Part shown: in pieces, positions 58,067-64,000 of the stretch
Position numbering within the stretch: the first letter of the stretch is position 1
Layout: every line of letters begins with the position of its first letter
IMG/VR virus record: IMGVR_UViG_3300026484_000105
Location: 32,001-96,000 of that record
DNA length: 64,000 nt
From: a virus
Direction: 5' to 3' (one strand)
The notes under the pieces: generated by a model
The model's database searches: none
What the model was told of the DNA's origin: nothing
Seen by the model: the letters and a program-made list of their open reading frames with translations, nothing else
Position numbers and translations under genes: made by a program

Positions 58067-60907
58067 TTAAATCTTACCAACTAATGCAGGTGTAGAATCA
58101 ATATTACCATCATTATTAACGAAGAATATAGTTTCATTATTCGTATTATGTAATGCTGTATCTTTGATATTAGATTCATCCATAGTAGTGACATCTAAAT
58201 TATCTATCTCTGATGTGTGTTCCATCACAACCTCTGGTGTAAGGCTAGCTATAATCTCTTCTGTAGTCATACCTGACATAACTACATTAGATTCAGATTT
58301 AGTTCTAGAGCCATTTACTGTAAGCTCGGTTCTAAGTACCTCAACGCTATTATTTATAGCTACATTTCTAGCAAATATAGGAGGCTTGGACATATCTATT
58401 ATATCTTTACCAACATTGAAAATGACATTAGTACTAACAGACTCCAACTGTTTATAATCTACTATATAACCTATGCCAGTATTTACGCTATTTGTTCTAC
58501 CAGTTAATGATACATCAGTAAAAGGATTATGTAGTGCCTCATTAACATTAAAACTACCACCAATAGTTCTAGGTTTATACAGGTCAACCCCATACTTACC
58601 AACCTGACCAATAACGTTAAAATGCATCTCCTGTCTTAAACTAGGATCAACCCATTCCATCATCACTTCCACACTACGCTTGGTTATTAAGGTAATATAT
58701 CCATAATCATTCATAGCCATTTTCAGGTTATCTTTCATATCATTTAACTTAGCACCTATATCAGGTTTAAATAAATCTAGATAAGAGTTAAACGTACCTA
58801 TAAGTACCGAGTTAATATTGTCTGCATAGATTTTATCTTTTCTAAACAATGCATTATAATTATACAACATAAGTTTAGGAGGATCCATTCTAATATGACC
58901 ATTTATACTACTTACTTCTGGTTCAGCATCTAAGAAACACCCGTAAGGTATATCCATACCAACAAGATCGCCATAGAAGTCCTCTAATGCCCTAAATACT
59001 GCAGTTTGAATACTTGCCAACCCTGGAGTAGTATTTGACATTAAACTATTGTAACGTAGCGATAGCCTATCATTATTATCATAGGTATTCATAAATTGAA
59101 TAGTGTCAGAAGATAATGTTTTAACTATCTTAATAAACTTATCTAAGTCCTCACCTATAGTACTCTTACTGTAATAGAAACCAGTAAATCCGTACAATAT
59201 AACATCTAAGGTTTTAATACAATCATATTTCTCATCAAAGTATAAATCAACGAACTGATTACTTAATAGCTCATCAATAGTAGACATACCATCATTGAAA
59301 AATATCTTACCAGTTTTATGTAAACGCGTATTCATTACTTTTACAGCACTATTAAGCATCATATCATTTGTATTTGTAGCTAAATTCCATATTAAAGAAT
59401 CATATACATTTATGCTGTTTATATATTTATGCATATCTTCTGTTTCTATAATGGTTTCTAACATAGGTCTAGACTTTATCAATCTTTCAGCATAATCTTC
59501 ATAATAGTCACTATGAATTAAATCATGGTTTAACTCATCTACAGTTATATCATGATTTAATAATGATGTATAAATATATGTTGATACTTTAGGATTATCT
59601 GAACCAGCTATTTTGGCTAATAATTTAATTACAGTAAGTGCAGCTTGTTTACAATCCATATCATACGAATAACCTGTATTAGGATCAACAAAATTTAAAG
59701 TATTTTTATAAGTATTATCAAAACTTAATTTAAAGAATGTATCTAGTATAAGTTTCAAAGATACTTTTTCAGTAACAACGAAATTTTTATCTATCTTTAC
59801 TTTAAACGTTTTGGTAAGCTGGGTATGTAAAACATTACTTTTTAATTTGGTGTCCAGTGTATTATCATATGCACTAGTATCTTTTATTACCATATCATTA
59901 TCTACGAACTTATCTGTAAACTGTTTCAATAATAAAGATTTACTGCTAAGATCATCAGAATCATCCAATATATAATGTTCATTTACAGGTTCTGATATAA
60001 ACCTATTTACTTTTTTATCGTAAGATGGCTTACTCGGATTATGCTGATTGAATAAATCTAATTCGGGTAGAACACTTATCATATTTACTTTAGCAACACC
60101 TATATGATTCTCAGTTAATATCTTTTGTAATATTATATCAAGTAACTTATTGTTACCAATATGTTTACGTATATATTTCATATTCTTATAAAGCCAAAAC
60201 TGTGTCTCTTTACTTAAAATCTTTATATCTACATTTATACCATAATTAGATCTAAAGAAACTATCTACATGGAAACTATGTGTTTCAGATGTAAATAGAA
60301 GATCAGCTCTTATATTTATTGCTTTAAGAACAAGTTTAGTATATAAAGTGGCAAGTAGTGTTGGGTTATATAAATTATCTATTAAAGCGTAATCGGATAT
60401 ATTCCATCTATAGAAGTATCCTATAGAAAACTCATTTAATTTATGAATAAGTGTCGTTTCTTGCTCTTCAACATATGCTGGACTAAAAGCCAATATAACA
60501 CCATCTTTAGATTCTATGGTTTCCTCTTTATCTATAGCATATATAATACCTTTTATTAATAACTCATCATCTGGATAGGAATCTATTAGATTATCATAAA
60601 ACGTATCGAACTTAAGTAGCTCCCTTAGAGTAACCTGATTTTCTTTTAATAGTTCTATAGTTAACTTTTTAACTGAACCATCTTCAATGAGCGTAATATT
60701 TATTAAGCTATTTAAATCATGATACTCTCCAGATATATTTTTGTAATATTTCCATGTGTTTTTATTTCTTGGATCACCTCCTAAAATAGAAGTACCGTAT
60801 TTCATTACTAGTTCATTATTGATCTGCACTGCAGAATCACGACTATGAACAATCATACTCTTTATTAGACGTATGTTATCTGAAATATAATTTGTAGTTG
60901 CAATCAT
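58067..60907 (-). CDS. Virion structural protein (phiKZ gp128-like)
   Basis: TWKYYKNISGEYH, YPDDELLIKGI, VEEQE, HSFH and WLYKNMKYIRKHIG motifs; divergent from the portal. Confidence 0.75.
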   Translation of the reverse strand: MIATTNYISDNIRLIKSMIVHSRDSAVQINNELVMKYGTSILGGDPRNKNTWKYYKNISGEYHDLNSLINITLIEDGSVKKLTIELLKENQVTLRELLKFDTFYDNLIDSYPDDELLIKGIIYAIDKEETIESKDGVILAFSPAYVEEQETTLIHKLNEFSIGYFYRWNISDYALIDNLYNPTLLATLYTKLVLKAINIRADLLFTSETHSFHVDSFFRSNYGINVDIKILSKETQFWLYKNMKYIRKHIGNNKLLDIILQKILTENHIGVAKVNMISVLPELDLFNQHNPSKPSYDKKVNRFISEPVNEHYILDDSDDLSSKSLLLKQFTDKFVDNDMVIKDTSAYDNTLDTKLKSNVLHTQLTKTFKVKIDKNFVVTEKVSLKLILDTFFKLSFDNTYKNTLNFVDPNTGYSYDMDCKQAALTVIKLLAKIAGSDNPKVSTYIYTSLLNHDITVDELNHDLIHSDYYEDYAERLIKSRPMLETIIETEDMHKYINSINVYDSLIWNLATNTNDMMLNSAVKVMNTRLHKTGKIFFNDGMSTIDELLSNQFVDLYFDEKYDCIKTLDVILYGFTGFYYSKSTIGEDLDKFIKIVKTLSSDTIQFMNTYDNNDRLSLRYNSLMSNTTPGLASIQTAVFRALEDFYGDLVGMDIPYGCFLDAEPEVSSINGHIRMDPPKLMLYNYNALFRKDKIYADNINSVLIGTFNSYLDLFKPDIGAKLNDMKDNLKMAMNDYGYITLITKRSVEVMMEWVDPSLRQEMHFNVIGQVGKYGVDLYKPRTIGGSFNVNEALHNPFTDVSLTGRTNSVNTGIGYIVDYKQLESVSTNVIFNVGKDIIDMSKPPIFARNVAINNSVEVLRTELTVNGSRTKSESNVVMSGMTTEEIIASLTPEVVMEHTSEIDNLDVTTMDESNIKDTALHNTNNETIFFVNNDGNIDSTPALVGKI

Positions 60908-60958
60908 TTTTTTCTTTCCTTAATATATTTATATAAACCAAAATAAAGGACTTTATAC

Positions 60959-63568
60959 ATGTCAAATAAAATAGAAGCCAAACTACCATCAGTTATAAAT
61001 AAAAACAAGAATCTGGCAGCATTGGTAAGTAAATTGAACACAGATAATCGTACTAACGATGAAAAGAAAGCTATAAAAGTTTCAGGTCTGCCAGATATAT
61101 CTAATTCTATAAAAGATAAGATAGCAAACAATGAAACTATAGTAAAGTTGTTCCCTGACATTGAGTTAAGTATACAGATAATGGTATCTTCAATCTTGGC
61201 TCCAAATGATATGGGTAATACTAACCTAATTTATTCTGCAGATGGAATTGATTTACCAACTGATGTAAAAGCGGGTTTATTAGAGAATATTAAAACTTAT
61301 GTATCAAGTAACTATAAACTTGAAGATAAATTAACAGATATAATAAGAGAAGCACTATTTACAAAGGGAGCATATATAGAAGCTGTTATACCTGAAGCAT
61401 CAGTTGACAGCATGATTAATGCAAATGATGTAGATGATGTACCTTCTTTAGAAAGTTTGGTAGATGGTAACCTAAATAATTCAACTTTAAAGATATTTAA
61501 AGAAGATAAAGAAAAGAGATTTACGTATTCTTTAGAAGATATGGATCTTAGTGTTGCTAGAGATAGGAGTGCTGCAAATGTAACATTAGAGGTAAGTGAT
61601 GAGGATTTAGGTATAGCAGTTACAGATAACTTTGCTATATTAGGTGCAACTGTTAAGATGGCTAATATTGTTAGAGATAAGGTTAGTTTGGAAGCTCTAG
61701 ACAAATCCATAGATAACGATGATGCGGATTTCTTCAATAAGTTATTTAAACCAACTCCTATGCATAAAGATGCTACAACAGTAACAGTATTAACATCTGA
61801 TGAAACTGATAGAGCATCTGTAGGCAAACCCCTAATAATGAAGTTACCAGTAGAAGCTACTATACCAGTATATATAAGTGGTGATGCAACTAAGCACTTG
61901 GGTTATTTTGTATTACTAGATGAAAAAGGTGTTCCTGTTGTTAGTGGTTCTGACTGGTCTATTGACGAAAAGGAATTAGATCAAACACAACAAAAGAAAG
62001 CTAAAAGTATAATTGATAAGGCATCTGCTGCAATAAACGGTTATAGTAAAAAGAACCCGAAGATGGAAAATATTGAAGAGATTTATGGACATATAGTAGA
62101 TCAGAGACTTAAAGCAAAATTAGCAAATAGTTTATTAGGCGACTTAGCTGATATAAGTGAAGACAACAGTGAAGCATATAGAACTATGCTAACCAGAGTT
62201 TTAGCTAAACAAAAGACAAAGATACTTTTCATACCATCTGAACTAGTAGCCTTCTATGCATTTAAATATAGGGATAATGGCACAGGCGAATCTTTACTTG
62301 AAACTATATCAGTATTGTCGAGTATTAGAGCCATACTATTATTTGCTAGGATAATGGCCAATATTAAGAATTCTGTTACAACGACTGAAATAAGTGCTAC
62401 ACTAGATGAGAAAGATCTAGACCCCACTAAAACTATGGAAAAGATCATCTCTGAAGTTATGAAAAGTAGAGGTACCCAAATGCCTATAGGTGTTACTAGA
62501 GTAGAGGATCTCGTTGATTGGACTAAAAAAGTAGGTTACAAGTTTAACTTTAAACATAGTAGTTTACCAGATATGGATATAAGTACTAATGAAGAAACTA
62601 CTTCTAAAGCCATACCAGACTCCGATTTAGATGAAGATATTCGTAAACAGATATTAATGTCTTTCTCGTTACCTCCAAAGGCAGTAGAAGATGGTTATGA
62701 TAGTGATTTTGCTACTACTATAGTACAAAATAACCTACTATTTACAAAAAGGGTTATGATGCAACAAGATATACTTATGCCCTTAGTTACTAAACATGTT
62801 CGTATATTATTGAAAAATGATATGGATATCTTCAATGCTATTAAAGCATCTATAGAAAAAAATATCAAGCCTATAATAAGAACTCTTAAGAAGAGTAAAG
62901 ATTCTATTATAGGTAATAAAAGGATAAATGAAGATAAACTAATCAATTGGTTAACTACAGCTTATATTAATAATATTGAAATTAGGTTACCTAGAATAGA
63001 AGAACATGAAACAGACAACATGAAAGAAGCCTTCGATAACTATAAGGAAAGTATAGAAGACTACATAGAGATATTCTTTAGTGATGAGGCTCTTCCAGAA
63101 GAGTTGGCTGGCGAGTTATCTGGCAGAATGGAGGATTTTAAAATGGCTATGCAAAATACATTTTTAAGAAAATGGATGGCTGATAATAACTATTTACCAG
63201 AAGCGCTTAATTCAACAACATTAGATAAAGATGGTAATCCTGTATTTGATGTATATGGCAATTATGAGACTTACTTAGATTCATTCTCTAAGGTACTTAT
63301 TCCATTTATTAAAAAGAACAATAAGTTAAAGGAGACAATAGATAAGAAGCTAGCTAAACTAGACGGTGATGGTGAAGCAGATGACAATGACGATTATGAA
63401 TCTGATAACGACAATGTTCAAGATGATGATCCAGATAACAGCGGTGATGATGATGGAGCCGAAAATGAACCTAACGGTGATGGTGGAGATGGAACTGAAA
63501 TCGAAGATGAACCTAACGGTGATGGTGGAGATTCTGAAGCAGATCCAGTTGAAGCAGAAAAAGAATAG
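60959..63568 (+). CDS. Portal protein (phiKZ gp129-like)
   Basis: LFPDIELSIQIMVSSILAP, ALFTKGAY..AVIPE, HLGYFVLLD, YRDNGTGESL and DFAT motifs; internal SLE sites; acidic tail. Confidence 0.85.
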   Translation: MSNKIEAKLPSVINKNKNLAALVSKLNTDNRTNDEKKAIKVSGLPDISNSIKDKIANNETIVKLFPDIELSIQIMVSSILAPNDMGNTNLIYSADGIDLPTDVKAGLLENIKTYVSSNYKLEDKLTDIIREALFTKGAYIEAVIPEASVDSMINANDVDDVPSLESLVDGNLNNSTLKIFKEDKEKRFTYSLEDMDLSVARDRSAANVTLEVSDEDLGIAVTDNFAILGATVKMANIVRDKVSLEALDKSIDNDDADFFNKLFKPTPMHKDATTVTVLTSDETDRASVGKPLIMKLPVEATIPVYISGDATKHLGYFVLLDEKGVPVVSGSDWSIDEKELDQTQQKKAKSIIDKASAAINGYSKKNPKMENIEEIYGHIVDQRLKAKLANSLLGDLADISEDNSEAYRTMLTRVLAKQKTKILFIPSELVAFYAFKYRDNGTGESLLETISVLSSIRAILLFARIMANIKNSVTTTEISATLDEKDLDPTKTMEKIISEVMKSRGTQMPIGVTRVEDLVDWTKKVGYKFNFKHSSLPDMDISTNEETTSKAIPDSDLDEDIRKQILMSFSLPPKAVEDGYDSDFATTIVQNNLLFTKRVMMQQDILMPLVTKHVRILLKNDMDIFNAIKASIEKNIKPIIRTLKKSKDSIIGNKRINEDKLINWLTTAYINNIEIRLPRIEEHETDNMKEAFDNYKESIEDYIEIFFSDEALPEELAGELSGRMEDFKMAMQNTFLRKWMADNNYLPEALNSTTLDKDGNPVFDVYGNYETYLDSFSKVLIPFIKKNNKLKETIDKKLAKLDGDGEADDNDDYESDNDNVQDDDPDNSGDDDGAENEPNGDGGDGTEIEDEPNGDGGDSEADPVEAEKE
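63465..63532 (+). repeat. 26-bp direct repeat in the portal acidic tail
   Basis: ATGAACCTAACGGTGATGGTGGAGAT at 63465 and 63507 (EPNGDGGD twice). Confidence 0.85.
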
Positions 63569-63571
63569 ACC

Positions 63572-63598
63572 TACTAACATGCTTTCGCATGTTAGTAG
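63572..63598. terminator. Bidirectional hairpin
   Basis: CTACTAACATGC-TTTC-GCATGTTAGTAG. Confidence 0.7.
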
Positions 63599-63621
63599 AT
63601 TTCTATTTTGACTTGAGTCTA

Positions 63622-64000
63622 TTAAGAATTTCTTTTAATAACCCTTCTCATAATTCTAGTGAGGTCTTCAGAACTTAATTGTTCTGACACATACATATTA
63701 GAAAGATCCCAATCATGCATGCCTAATCCAGGTTGATTAACGCCAAGATGAAACCCACCATTAGGCGCTGAGTATCTAATGTGGTCATTATTTCGGGCAC
63801 TATAACCAGGACGTATGTTAGTGTTACGCATATTATCATACACTGGTCTAGGAATTGGACCATATTGATTATGCGGGCAACCGTATTCCATTTGATCAAC
63901 AGCAGCTTTCCCTCTAATAACATCTATAAGTTCAGGAATTATAACGTCATCAAGAATTGGTCTACCAACTCTGAAGTTTGAGAGTATACTATTTAGAAGT
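63622..64000 (-). CDS. Hypothetical protein, 5' end outside the window
   Basis: The frame of the 89-aa ORF stays open to the window edge (LLNSILSNFRVGRP...DQMEYG). Confidence 0.65.
   Translation of the reverse strand, partial: LLNSILSNFRVGRPILDDVIIPELIDVIRGKAAVDQMEYGCPHNQYGPIPRPVYDNMRNTNIRPGYSARNNDHIRYSAPNGGFHLGVNQPGLGMHDWDLSNMYVSEQLSSEDLTRIMRRVIKRNS

Noticed and set aside
1-64000. tRNA/rRNA genes, chimallin, PhuZ tubulin, major capsid and terminase
   Set aside because: None recognised in this window. Nucleus formation is therefore inferred only from the phiKZ-like core genes and is not shown here.

Overview
An AT-rich 64-kb segment of a phiKZ-like jumbo phage (Chimalliviridae-type) with a Gram-negative host; one weak hint points to Campylobacterota. 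The core genes are the head maturation protease, three virion RNA polymerase (vRNAP) subunits, a 2491-aa tail/tape-measure-like protein with a T4-lysozyme (GH24) domain, RuvC, a spanin pair, the baseplate spike, an SbcC-like ATPase, RNase H, UvsX/RecA, protease-processed head proteins and the portal. Two related group I introns interrupt vRNAP genes, and both splice junctions can be rebuilt by hand. One intron (5576-6136) has no ORF and sits in the beta gene. The other (13119-15117) carries a zinc-repeat homing endonuclease and splits the catalytic DFDGD motif of beta'. Minus-strand accessory modules lie between the core blocks. Seven of them start with the same early-promoter-like motif, four add a conserved GATAC-N6-GTATC leader element, and several abut long terminator-like palindromes. 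Accessory cargo includes an M16 peptidase, a nucleoside deoxyribosyltransferase-like protein, topoisomerase IA, HAD, KH and HTH proteins, and chimeric ORFs bearing apparent fragments of core genes. phiKZ gp equivalents are assigned from recalled motifs and synteny, not from database searches.
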